The notes under the pieces are model-generated. The model was not told the origin of the DNA, ran no database searches, and saw only the letters and a program-made list of their open reading frames with translations. From NCBI GenBank assembly GCA_963770935.1, contig CAVYRJ010000007.1, positions 32,001 to 96,000 on the forward strand: a stretch of DNA of 64,000 bases, written 5' to 3'. The position numbers and the translations under genes are program-made. Shown piece by piece: positions 11,521 through 20,812 of this stretch. Position 1 is the stretch's first letter. Every line of letters starts with the position of its first letter. Source of the stretch: Candidatus Bathyarchaeota archaeon (GTDB taxonomy: Archaea > Thermoproteota > Bathyarchaeia > Bathyarchaeales > Bathycorpusculaceae).

Positions 11521-12073
11521 CCAAAATCTGAGCGTTCTGAGGCGGCAAAGAAGCAACATCTTCAGCAACGAATGGACCGTAGGATTTCATGTCTGCGCCC
11601 ATGATGGCTGGGATGCTCTTCAGAAACCGTATAGTAAGCCGTTTGGGGACTGGAGCTGTTTCGGTTTTGACAACAACTTTTATTGGGGCTCTATCTGACT
11701 CTGCTATTTGTTTGATTTGTCCCTGCATCAAGTCGTCGGCGAAATTTTGATATGCTTTCGTGAAATCGGCAAAAGTCTCACACATTCTGGCTTCTTCAGC
11801 CGTGAGCAACTCTGAAGGCAACTTTTGATTTTTAGTGACAGTTTTGATTATTTTTTTGTATCTTGCCCCCAGCAATTCCTTAAGCATCCGCTCAACATTC
11901 AAAGCTTCATGCTCAAGCAAGTTCATTTTGACAGATTTTTTATCAAGAACCTTGTCTTCTGTTTTGATGCGCTGCAGGTACTCAGCGATTTTAGCGTAGA
12001 AGTCTATCTGTAAAGCTCCAAGGGTGGAGTCATCGATTTCTCTTTGCCACGCCGCATACAGTTCATTGTACAT
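11483..12073 (-). CDS. GINS complex subunit Gins15/Gins51
   Basis: Helical A domain plus C-terminal B domain GADMKSYGPFVAEDVASLP; directly downstream of priS. Confidence 0.88.
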   Translation of the reverse strand: MYNELYAAWQREIDDSTLGALQIDFYAKIAEYLQRIKTEDKVLDKKSVKMNLLEHEALNVERMLKELLGARYKKIIKTVTKNQKLPSELLTAEEARMCETFADFTKAYQNFADDLMQGQIKQIAESDRAPIKVVVKTETAPVPKRLTIRFLKSIPAIMGADMKSYGPFVAEDVASLPPQNAQILVKQGLAVLVEVC

Positions 12074-13330
12074 TACTTTGCCAGCCGCGCTCTTTTTTTA
12101 CAGATAAGCATAACTGCAGCAGCAGACAGGCAATTCAACAGTTTGGTTCTTATATGGACCCAACGTTTCCCCACTCACTCTAAACTCTGGAGCATCAGAC
12201 ACCAACACTTCTACCTTGCCCTTTTTAAAAGCTACTGCTCCAGTGAACGGGTCAAAATCCTGTAGGTTCTTTCGCTGGAAACTCTGACTTTCTTTAGACC
12301 TGTTTTGCCATGCAGGGTGCCGTTCATGCGGATTAGACGATGAATGTCTGTGGTGACAACTGTGTCGATTTTTGAGCGATTTTGGTCTTCACGTATGTAC
12401 TCGGCTAGTTTCATCCATGTTTGAATGCTCACGCCGTTGAATGCTTTCCCATTTTCCGTCTTTGATGGCGCGGTTAATTATGGTTTCCTTATTATGACTC
12501 AACAGTGCCCTGTTGCTTTATACCGACTAGCTTTTGAGGTCGTCTTTGGTGGCATTTAAACGAAAATCTTGCATACCGATTCTTTTAAACGTCTGTTCCA
12601 GCCGAAATTGTGCAAACGAAATTTTTTGGTTGAGCCAGTTTTCCTTGGGGTCACGTTTCTTTTGCGCCTTTTTTTCGAACGGATGCTTATGCCTAATCCA
12701 ATAACGTAATCAACGATTTCTTTGCGTGCCAATGCATCTAGTGATCTTATTGATTCATTCTTCGATGTGAACGTGATATCCTCTGTGGCCTGAGAAAATA
12801 CACGTGCAATTCATCGTCGGGAAAAACCAAAATCTTTTCTAAGATATCAAGTAACTTAGCGGTTTCAGTTCGCGGGCGAGATTGAATGCAGAGATCACAA
12901 GGCCAAGTTTTGTACTTCAAATTTTGTCGCTTCACAGTAAGGACATATTTCTGGAGTGATTCCTCTTCCTTTCTAAATCCGCATTTACACATATCAATTC
13001 ATCATGGATTTTGTCGCAAGTTGTTGGAATGTGGTCGGCGTCTATGTCGAAGACTAAGTCGGCGCCAAGCCAGCCTTTTTTGTCCATGTCTAAATCTGGG
13101 TTTTCGTAGTAAGCGCAGGAATGGTAAACATCCGACGGCACAGTTTCAGCAAGCGCTGCTCTGAGGATTTTGAATTCAGCAAACCTTCTGTGCCTAACCA
13201 TGAACCTCTCCTTGAACATAAGATAGCCGAATTCGCGTTGCTCAGGCATTGAGACTTCAGGTATAATTGTGGAGGGGTCTTGGTAGTATTCGGTGAATTT
13301 TTGGTAAACGAATTCTCGAGAAGCCTCCAT
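12073..13330 (-). CDS. priS: DNA primase small (catalytic) subunit, multiple frameshifts
   Basis: REFG, ADLVFDIDADH, SGHRGYHVH (seen across frames) and IDTVVTTDIHRLIR in separate fragments; stop overlaps the gins15 ATG. Confidence 0.88.
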
Positions 13331-13405
13331 ACCCTAGTCCCTTTTGACAGAGTAATTATTCTGTTAGCCTAAATTTAACTATAGCCGCTAAAAAGAAATA
13401 AAATG

Positions 13406-15085
13406 TTAGATTTTGAGTGTGTACCTTAGGTTATCTATTATTTGTAGGGGATTGAAGGATAAGCCGCCGAATGAGAGCAATGCAATCATAAAGATTAGCC
13501 AAATAATTGTTGGTTCTAGCTCTTTCTTTCTCTGAGGAATCAACACGTAGACAAATATGAAGGGTAGATACCAGTTCTGGAAGTATGGCAACATGAAGCT
13601 TGGTCCTAGCAAGGTAAGGGCTAATATCGAAAGCACCCCGTTCTTGTTTAGCATGTAAAATGCGTAAACTAACGTAGCTGCAAGTGTCAGGAGCACTGAA
13701 AGGGATTGCCAGGTCCAAGAGACTTGGGCATGGGGCGCGAAAGCGTTGATGCTATTTAAAATCAATTCTGGTCTCGTTTGCATCAAAGATGGCGCACTCA
13801 AGGCAGCGGTAAACACGCTTATGAGCACAAAAACGGCGCCAGCAATGACAGCCTTATTTCGAAGCAGTTGGCTTCCAGGTCTATTTTTTTCAATGATCTT
13901 CAGGACCCCTATAATAATTAGGGGCAACAGGAATACTCCCGCTTGATATTTTATAATAAATGAAATTCCCACAAACAAAAAGAATCCGTCATAGTGTCCT
14001 CTTAAAAACATGGTTACGGCGATTAGAGCAAAGAGGAACGCAATTGAATCAAACATTCCGTTGGCAGCATAAATGACCAACGTCAAATAAGCAATGTAAA
14101 CTCCAATCAATTTCCATGTTAAATGCATATCTTTCCTCAAAAAAACCTTAAGGAAGAAATACAGGCAAAGATGAGCAAAAACAAGGAAGAGAGCAATTTC
14201 GAGTTTATAAACCAAAACTGGGTTAAAACCGTTCTGCAATAAAGCTCCAAATGGCAAAAACAACAGAATGCTGCCTATCGGATAGAAATGGGGCATTTCG
14301 GGCCAAGTTACAAAGATAAACTGTGAATTGTCTTGGCTTGCAAGTGCCCCTAAGGGTTGGCTAAAAACTGATAAGCCATCCTTAAGAAATAGACTTGAAA
14401 CGTATGCGTGTCTCACATGGTCAGTGTACCAGTTTTCAAACGTTGCAAGCGGGTTAGAATTTACCGCTAAAAGAGAGAGCCAAATTACCAATGATAAAAT
14501 AACAAGAACCAGCAGGTGATTACGGAAGGTTTTGCTTATAATCAGTAGGGGCGTCTTTTTTTCTAGTTTTTCAGTGACTTTTGGAAAATCCAATTTAAAC
14601 ATAATAATTGTGGCAGATACTAAACTTAGTAGGAACATTATTCTGGTTGGAACGGTAAGCGTGGAGAATGGGAAGAAAATTTGTGGCTTTTCAAGTGTTA
14701 CTTCAAAATGAACCCAGCTTGCGTTGGGCGAGCTGGAGGAGAAAACTGCATCGTAATAGTCAGCGCCCGCAGTGAATGAATAAACAATGTTTGTGTTTGA
14801 ATAATTGGTGTAACGGGTACCGTTGTACGTTACGATGGAAAAGTTTTTCATGAAACTATTTTGACAATCAACTCTGACCGAAATGTTTTCTCCGCGGTGA
14901 AAGGTGCCTAAGCCTTTTCTATACACTTCATTTTGGCTTAGTTTGAAAGAATCTTTGACGACTGTGACTTTTTGATTACTGCCTGTAACTATTGGAAATA
15001 AACTTATGACAGATAGAACGATGCTTAGCACCAAAAAAACAGTAGCGACTAAAAGAATAATTTTAGCCAAGCTAAGTTTATTCAT
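13406..15085 (-). CDS. membrane GT-C fold glycosyltransferase (GT87-like) with N-terminal extracytoplasmic beta domain
   Basis: About 11 TM segments; WYTDH, YPIG, FDSI and IKYQ motifs; next to a polyprenol-P sugar synthase. Confidence 0.6.
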   Translation of the reverse strand: MNKLSLAKIILLVATVFLVLSIVLSVISLFPIVTGSNQKVTVVKDSFKLSQNEVYRKGLGTFHRGENISVRVDCQNSFMKNFSIVTYNGTRYTNYSNTNIVYSFTAGADYYDAVFSSSSPNASWVHFEVTLEKPQIFFPFSTLTVPTRIMFLLSLVSATIIMFKLDFPKVTEKLEKKTPLLIISKTFRNHLLVLVILSLVIWLSLLAVNSNPLATFENWYTDHVRHAYVSSLFLKDGLSVFSQPLGALASQDNSQFIFVTWPEMPHFYPIGSILLFLPFGALLQNGFNPVLVYKLEIALFLVFAHLCLYFFLKVFLRKDMHLTWKLIGVYIAYLTLVIYAANGMFDSIAFLFALIAVTMFLRGHYDGFFLFVGISFIIKYQAGVFLLPLIIIGVLKIIEKNRPGSQLLRNKAVIAGAVFVLISVFTAALSAPSLMQTRPELILNSINAFAPHAQVSWTWQSLSVLLTLAATLVYAFYMLNKNGVLSILALTLLGPSFMLPYFQNWYLPFIFVYVLIPQRKKELEPTIIWLIFMIALLSFGGLSFNPLQIIDNLRYTLKI

Positions 15086-15167
15086 TAACTTGCCTTCACA
15101 TCGCTGAAATAGGGTTCCACCCGTATTTAATTTTGCTTAAAAAAAGAAGCGGTAACTCCCAAAACGT

Positions 15168-15884
15168 CTATGAACGCCAAAATGCCCTAATTGTATAGGA
15201 CAAATAGCTTTTGATTTCAGCCCATGAAAGCTTGGATTTGCCACGCTTCCTATTAACAAACAGTATGGGGATTTCCTTTACGTTAAAGTTTCTAAGCGCT
15301 GCCTGTCTTACAGTTTCTATCTGGATTTCATAGGTGTGGCTGTGTAAGTTTCCGATGGCTTCTTTGAGGAAACTTGTGGAGTAGCAGCGGTAGCCGCTGG
15401 TGCAATCTTTCAGCTTTAAACCGAGCGAGGCCCTAGCGATGAAATTGGCTGTTTTGCTTATTATTTTTCTGCTGAAGGGCCACCCGGCAATTCTGCCTCC
15501 TTTGATGTATCTGCTCCCTATTACAATTCCACAATCACATTCCTTCATAGTCGCTAAAAGCTGGGGAATGTCTTGCGGATTATGGGAGTAGTCGGCATCC
15601 ATCGTGAAGACGTATTTTGGGGGTTCTTGGGCTGTAAGAAATATTTTGAATCCGTCAGTTATAGCTGTGCCTAAACCGGTTTTTCTTGGTCTAACATGTA
15701 GAATGATGTTGGAGTATTTTTTTTGTTTATCCTGCACGAGTTCTGCGGTCTCGTCAGGGCTGGAATCATCAATAACCAAAATGGATGTATCTATCTTTAG
15801 GTTTTCAATGTCTTCGATTAATTTCGAGATGTTTTCGGCTTCTCTATAAGTGGGAAGAATCACGCCGACCTCAGAGCCCGTCAT
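15168..15884 (-). CDS. polyprenol/dolichol-phosphate mannose synthase-like GT2
   Basis: ILPTYREAENI, IDDSSPDET, MDADYSHNP, DCTSGYR and RGKSKL. Confidence 0.9.
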   Translation of the reverse strand: MTGSEVGVILPTYREAENISKLIEDIENLKIDTSILVIDDSSPDETAELVQDKQKKYSNIILHVRPRKTGLGTAITDGFKIFLTAQEPPKYVFTMDADYSHNPQDIPQLLATMKECDCGIVIGSRYIKGGRIAGWPFSRKIISKTANFIARASLGLKLKDCTSGYRCYSTSFLKEAIGNLHSHTYEIQIETVRQAALRNFNVKEIPILFVNRKRGKSKLSWAEIKSYLSYTIRAFWRS

Positions 15885-15964
15885 AGTGTTACCAATTAAT
15901 TGATAAGTCATAAAAAATTTTGCCAACCATATAAGGGTTTAATGGACTAATAAATCTTAACAAG

Positions 15965-16996
15965 TCATTTCGTCTGAGGCATTGTCTTTTGTTTTCTCTT
16001 ATAGTACTGTAACGGGTGATAAATCCAGCGGCACAAATCATCCCGGTTCTTGCATACACCGTGCGTTTGCAGAACAGAGCATTGGGGACAGGTGTACTTA
16101 GTTCCCGATCCGCGTTCTCCAGCTATGTGCTCGATTTGGTAGCGGGTTAAACGTTCGTTATAATCTGAAAAGATCTTAAACATCTCGTTGAGTCCCTCCG
16201 GCGTCATCCCAATATTTACCATAAACGAGGTTAAAGTGAAGCGTCCAATGTGGGAAAGATGGTGGGCTTGAGCTGCATCCGCATACAACGCGTTTATGCA
16301 CGGGGGAAAAGCTGCTTGAATGACAACTTTGGGCATTTCCTCAATTTCTTGCCCCATTATCTCCTGCGCCAACTTTGTTAATCCATCAGCGATTGCAACT
16401 ATCTCCTCTGGGAGGTTCTTGATTTCCGAAACATCAAGCCTTTTCTCAACCCGACTCTTCACTTCTTCCTGAAGGAGACGAACAACCTTATCTTGATTTA
16501 AGTAAACCATGCCCTTATCCATAATTTGGTTAACAAGCTTCCACTCAGAACCATGCATGTGCGCGGCATTTTTTAAATAAAAATTGAACCCTATCCTAAA
16601 ATCCTTAAAGGGTTTTCCGTCACTGATATCCCAATTAAAATCTTGAGCTATAGCCCAAATTTTTTCTTTACTTGTTTCCTCTTTAAGCATTTCGGCGTGA
16701 GCAGATTTTGCTACTGCCAATGCAAACCTCTTTTTTATCCACGAATTTTTGGTTGCAATAACCAAAACAAGTGCCGCGGCAAAAGAGGAAATTTCGGTTT
16801 TTTTATCTTTATCCATTTTACCAATATTTACTTCAGATATTGCCTTTTCTACTCGTGCTTGAGCGCGGTCAAAAACAGATTTCTCAGAAGATAACCCTGC
16901 AATTGTAAACTGGAGTTCCTCTATTTGTTTGGAGGCTTGTTTTAAAAATGGGTATTTAGCAAAATCTTCAGAAGATAATGCTGATTCCATTTGCAA
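15965..16996 (-). CDS. priL: DNA primase large subunit
   Basis: FAKYPF, FPPCI, TRYQIEHIAG and YTCPQC...C...C...HPLQYY Fe-S domain. Confidence 0.93.
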   Translation of the reverse strand: MQMESALSSEDFAKYPFLKQASKQIEELQFTIAGLSSEKSVFDRAQARVEKAISEVNIGKMDKDKKTEISSFAAALVLVIATKNSWIKKRFALAVAKSAHAEMLKEETSKEKIWAIAQDFNWDISDGKPFKDFRIGFNFYLKNAAHMHGSEWKLVNQIMDKGMVYLNQDKVVRLLQEEVKSRVEKRLDVSEIKNLPEEIVAIADGLTKLAQEIMGQEIEEMPKVVIQAAFPPCINALYADAAQAHHLSHIGRFTLTSFMVNIGMTPEGLNEMFKIFSDYNERLTRYQIEHIAGERGSGTKYTCPQCSVLQTHGVCKNRDDLCRWIYHPLQYYKRKQKTMPQTK

Positions 16997-17005
16997 TTTG
17001 ACGAC

Positions 17006-17761
17006 TTACTCTGTTTCGATTCTTGGCGCCAAGAAGAAGGTTAACTTCCCCTCTTTTGTCTGCTGGAAGTCGATTCTTACCGGCATGTCACTTGAGAATT
17101 CAAGGGTTGCAATGTCTGAGGTTGCTGAGGCTGCTTTAATGATTTCGGAGAGGTAGCTTAGGCTGAATGTTGCTTTGGCATTCTCCTTAACTTCTAAATC
17201 CAGTAGCGCGTCGTTGCCTTTTTGGAGAGTGATGGTTGCACCCATCAAGTCGCCTGAGGCGCTAAGGGTCAATTTTTCTGGTTCAGCCTCGATTTTTACG
17301 TGGTCGCTTACCAACTGAGCGTCTTCGATTGCTTGGCTTAAGCCTTGGGTTGTGGTTTTGGCTTTGACGTTGAAGCTGATTTTTGGAGTTGGAACTTCTT
17401 CTTCTGAGGCTTCAAGTGTTGGCATGGTAAAGTTACGGCTGTATTTTCCCGTTATTATAACTAGTAATCGTCCAGTTTTATCGTCTAAGGATAGTTCGAC
17501 TGCTTCTTCTTTTCCTGCGCGTTTGAGAAGTTTTAGCAGTTCACTTATGTTCAGGCAGATTTTTGTTGGTTCAGTGGACACGAATTCTTGGAAGATAGAT
17601 TTTGGCCATTCAAAATCAATCATCGCTACGCGTGATGGATCCATGGCTCGAAGTTTTAAGCCTTCGGCGTCAATTTTGAAGGTTGCTTCATCAACAAGAA
17701 TTGAGATGGCAGTAGCCATATCTCGCAGGAGTTTAGCGTCAGACACTTTAAGCTTGAACAT
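17006..17761 (-). CDS. pcn: PCNA sliding clamp
   Basis: LRAMDPSRVAMI, FSLSYL and FFLAPRIE. Confidence 0.96.
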   Translation of the reverse strand: MFKLKVSDAKLLRDMATAISILVDEATFKIDAEGLKLRAMDPSRVAMIDFEWPKSIFQEFVSTEPTKICLNISELLKLLKRAGKEEAVELSLDDKTGRLLVIITGKYSRNFTMPTLEASEEEVPTPKISFNVKAKTTTQGLSQAIEDAQLVSDHVKIEAEPEKLTLSASGDLMGATITLQKGNDALLDLEVKENAKATFSLSYLSEIIKAASATSDIATLEFSSDMPVRIDFQQTKEGKLTFFLAPRIETE

Positions 17762-18196
17762 AATCTCTTCCTCGCATAATCATGTATTGTAAATTTATAT
17801 AGCTATTGATTACGCTTTGAGTTAATAAAATTGTTCCTACCCAAATTCACTAACAAGTCTTTAGCAACATTTCTGATCAAAGCAATAACAAAATACCCGC
17901 AGAAAACATGGTGCCAGAATCATTCCTAGCAATTACCCCGATAGAGACAGAAAATACATGAAATAAGATAGTATGAAACTAGGCTTATAGCATACTGGAG
18001 AACTGGGAGTGCCACTTAACCAGAACTCAAAATGTAATAATCTGCGCATTATGTTGGATTGTTGTGTGTAGGTGCCTTTTCAACAACAGCTACTAAAGAA
18101 AGAGCAAAGCCAGATACTAGAAGCTGTTGGTTTTTGCTTTAAAAGTCATAAAGTATAAGAATGTGTATGTTTCTTTTATGCGAGCTGGTCGATACC

Positions 18197-18472
18197 GTGA
18201 ACGTTCCTAAAGAAGTAAAGACTTACTGTCCAAAATGTAAAGTTCATCAGATTCACAACGTAACTCTCTACAAGGCAGGAAAACGCAGAGCCTTGGCAAG
18301 AGGCGAACGCCACCACGCGCGAGAAAAGCTGGGTTACGGTGGACAAAAATATCCACTGCAGCGAGAATTCGCTAAAACAACAAAAAAACAGACCTTGCGC
18401 CTAAAATGCAAAGTTTGCAGTTTCATGCGTCACAAAGACGGCATCCGACTACGAAAATTAGTTATACAATAA
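18197..18472 (+). CDS. rpl44e: 50S ribosomal protein L44e
   Basis: TYCPKC, GYGGQKYP and KTTKKQTLRLKCKVC. Confidence 0.95.
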   Translation: MNVPKEVKTYCPKCKVHQIHNVTLYKAGKRRALARGERHHAREKLGYGGQKYPLQREFAKTTKKQTLRLKCKVCSFMRHKDGIRLRKLVIQ

Positions 18473-18495
18473 AATTAACGGAGTGGAAAAAATTT

Positions 18496-18693
18496 ATGTC
18501 TGATTGGAACAAACTTATTCCAAAACCGAGAAGCGTCTTCCTTCGGGTTAAATGCCAAAAATGCGGCAATGAACAGCTCCTCTTCAGCAATGCAGTAAAC
18601 AAGATAACTTGCAATGTCTGTGGAGAATTGTTGGCTGAGCCCTCAGGTGGAAGAGCAAAAATTAACGGTGACGTCCAAGCAGTTCTCGAGTAA
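18496..18693 (+). CDS. rps27e: 30S ribosomal protein S27e
   Basis: PRSVFLRVKCQKCGNEQ...CNVCG...PSGGRA. Confidence 0.95.
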   Translation: MSDWNKLIPKPRSVFLRVKCQKCGNEQLLFSNAVNKITCNVCGELLAEPSGGRAKINGDVQAVLE

Positions 18694-18708
18694 GAGATGT
18701 ACAGCAAA

Positions 18709-18774
18709 ATGGCTAAGCGTAAGCTGGATTGGCCTGAAGCTGACGATTTGGCACTTTTTGGAAGGGACAATTAG
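18709..18774 (+). pseudogene. remnant of translation initiation factor aIF2-alpha (21 codons)
   Basis: ATG..TAG reads MAKRKLDWPEADDLALFGRDN; resembles the aIF2a N-terminus (xPExGDL) and sits in the aIF2a slot between rps27e and nop10. Confidence 0.7.
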
Positions 18775-18944
18775 TGGTTTGGCAACTACGCAAATGCGTA
18801 AACTGCGAAAAATACACATTAAATAAAACTATTTGCCCCTATTGTGGTGGACCTGTGAGAATTCCGCATCCAGCCAAATTTTCCCCAGACGATAAATACC
18901 TAAAGTATCGTATGGCAATGAAAAGGAGCGCTACAACAGAATGA
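18774..18944 (+). CDS. nop10: H/ACA RNP protein Nop10 (not in the ORF track)
   Basis: Manual translation from GTG: MVWQLRKCVNCEKYTLNKTICPYCGGPVRIPHPAKFSPDDKYLKYRMAMKRSATTE. Confidence 0.95.
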   Translation: MVWQLRKCVNCEKYTLNKTICPYCGGPVRIPHPAKFSPDDKYLKYRMAMKRSATTE

Positions 18945-19711
18945 AAGAAACATACATCAAAGAATTTGCCGAAATACATCCCAACAACCCTATCCTCATC
19001 GAAGGTCTTCCAGGTTTAGGACTTGTAGGCAAAATCGCACTCCGCTATCTAATTAAACAATTAAAAGCTAAAAAAATCGCCTACCTCTACTCACCACATT
19101 TCCCCTACTTTGTTCTCGTCAACAAAAAAGGCAACGTACGACTCCTAAGAGGAGCATTCTACTATTACAAAAACCCAAAAGGAAACGACATAATCCTCTT
19201 CACTGGCGATAGCCAATCACAAACAATCGAAGGACAATACGAAATCGCCGACCGCATGCTGGACTTCTCTGAAAAACACGGCGTAAAAACAATCGCAACC
19301 ATCGGTGGCTACCGCATGGAACCCAAAGAGAAACCTAAAGTCTTCATAGCAGCAACCTCCCAAGACATCTTAAACAAAGCAATCCAGGCAGGCGCAACCC
19401 TGAGTGCCTCGGGAAGCCCAATTGTAGGCACAGCTGGACTAATACTTGGCTTGGCAAAGTTCAAAAAAATAGACGCTTTATGCCTGCTGGGTGAAACACG
19501 CGGTTATTTACCTGATCCTCTTGCCGCCAAAAGCGTTCTAGAAGTGTTAGTGTCAACTTTCAATTTCGACTTGGATCTTGCTGGCTTAAACGAGGAGATT
19601 GCAAAAGCTGAAACAATGGTTACCCGCCTACAGCAAATAGAAGAAAAACGCGCCGTACAAGCAGAAGAAACCAGAAAACAAGAAGACAAAAAAACAACGT
19701 ATATTTCTTAA
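18941..19711 (+). CDS. PAC2/PbaA-B proteasome assembly chaperone family protein
   Basis: IEGLPGLGLVGKIA, LFTGDSQ and CLLGETRGYLPDP; conserved position after nop10. Confidence 0.9.
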   Translation: MKETYIKEFAEIHPNNPILIEGLPGLGLVGKIALRYLIKQLKAKKIAYLYSPHFPYFVLVNKKGNVRLLRGAFYYYKNPKGNDIILFTGDSQSQTIEGQYEIADRMLDFSEKHGVKTIATIGGYRMEPKEKPKVFIAATSQDILNKAIQAGATLSASGSPIVGTAGLILGLAKFKKIDALCLLGETRGYLPDPLAAKSVLEVLVSTFNFDLDLAGLNEEIAKAETMVTRLQQIEEKRAVQAEETRKQEDKKTTYIS

Positions 19712-20796
19712 GCAAAATTTTTCTTTATTATATCAACCGTCTTTGCGGCTGCTGTGCCATCCCCGAAAGGTGACGCAGAAGGCAACTTCTCTTTTTTCTC
19801 AATGGCTTCCTGTATAGCAGCTAAAATGTTGTCCTTGTTAGTTCCAACGATTTTGGCAAAGCCCGATTCAACGGCTTCCTGTCTCTCAGTAGACAAACGA
19901 ATAACCAGCACCCTTTTCCTTATGTCTGGAGCAGTTGCCTCTTCCTGTATACCCCCTGAATCGGTGATGATTAACCTGCAGTTTTTCATCAAAACCAAGA
20001 AATCCAAGTATCCCAACGGCGGAAGAATCAGAATGTTCTTCATTTTTTCCATTTGGGACAGCATGTTGTTTTCTTGCAGCCGCTTTTTTGTTCGCGGATG
20101 CATTGGGTAAACAATCGGCAGAGGAGATTTCGAGAAAACCTCCATAAACGACTCAAGAAATGCAACGTCATCGACGTTTTCTGCTCTGTGCGCTGTTGCT
20201 AAAGCGAACGTTTTGAAGGGAATCTTCTGCATTATGGTTGATTTCTTTTCGGCGATTGGCAGATGCTGAATTACGGCGTCGATGGCTGTATTTCCTGTGA
20301 GGTAGATTCTGCCCCAAACACTCTCTTTAATGAGATTAGCCTTGGCTCTCTCTGTTGGCACAAACAAGAAGTCGGATATGTGGTCGGTTAGGCGTCGGTT
20401 GTGTTCTTCAGGCATGCGAAGGTCAAAACTCCTTAAGCCAGCTTCCACATGACCCATAGGGATTGTGCGTTTGTTTGCCGCTAACGCCGATGATAACACT
20501 GTGTTTGTGTCGCCTTCCACTAAAACGATGGAGGGCTCAATCTTCTCCAGCAACTGATCCATCTTCATCAATATCTCAGCAGTCTGTGCTCCAGGCGAAG
20601 AAGCATCAATTTTTAATGCATAGTCGGGAGGTGCGAGTTCGAGGTTTTCGATAAATTGCTGAGACATGTTATAGTCGTAGTGTTGACCACAATGAACAAA
20701 TATGCAGGGTAGTTTGGCTTGGTTGAGGGCTCGAATTATCGGTGCCATCTTGATTATTTCAGGTCTGGTTCCTGCAACTACAACTACTGGCTTCAT
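19708..20796 (-). CDS. wecB: UDP-N-acetylglucosamine 2-epimerase (non-hydrolysing)
   Basis: GTRPEIIKMAP, GQHYD, HVEAGLRS, PEEHNR and TDSGGIQEEA. Confidence 0.95.
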   Translation of the reverse strand: MKPVVVVAGTRPEIIKMAPIIRALNQAKLPCIFVHCGQHYDYNMSQQFIENLELAPPDYALKIDASSPGAQTAEILMKMDQLLEKIEPSIVLVEGDTNTVLSSALAANKRTIPMGHVEAGLRSFDLRMPEEHNRRLTDHISDFLFVPTERAKANLIKESVWGRIYLTGNTAIDAVIQHLPIAEKKSTIMQKIPFKTFALATAHRAENVDDVAFLESFMEVFSKSPLPIVYPMHPRTKKRLQENNMLSQMEKMKNILILPPLGYLDFLVLMKNCRLIITDSGGIQEEATAPDIRKRVLVIRLSTERQEAVESGFAKIVGTNKDNILAAIQEAIEKKEKLPSASPFGDGTAAAKTVDIIKKNFA

Positions 20797-20812
20797 CGCG
20801 CTCGTTTCTCGC

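Noticed and set aside
12073-13330. True pseudogenisation of priS
   Set aside because: Essential gene with catalytic motifs intact in the fragments; the dense indels fit a low-quality patch
17762-18196. Replication origin among the replication genes
   Set aside because: No cdc6/orc1 in the window and no repeated ORB-like boxes seen
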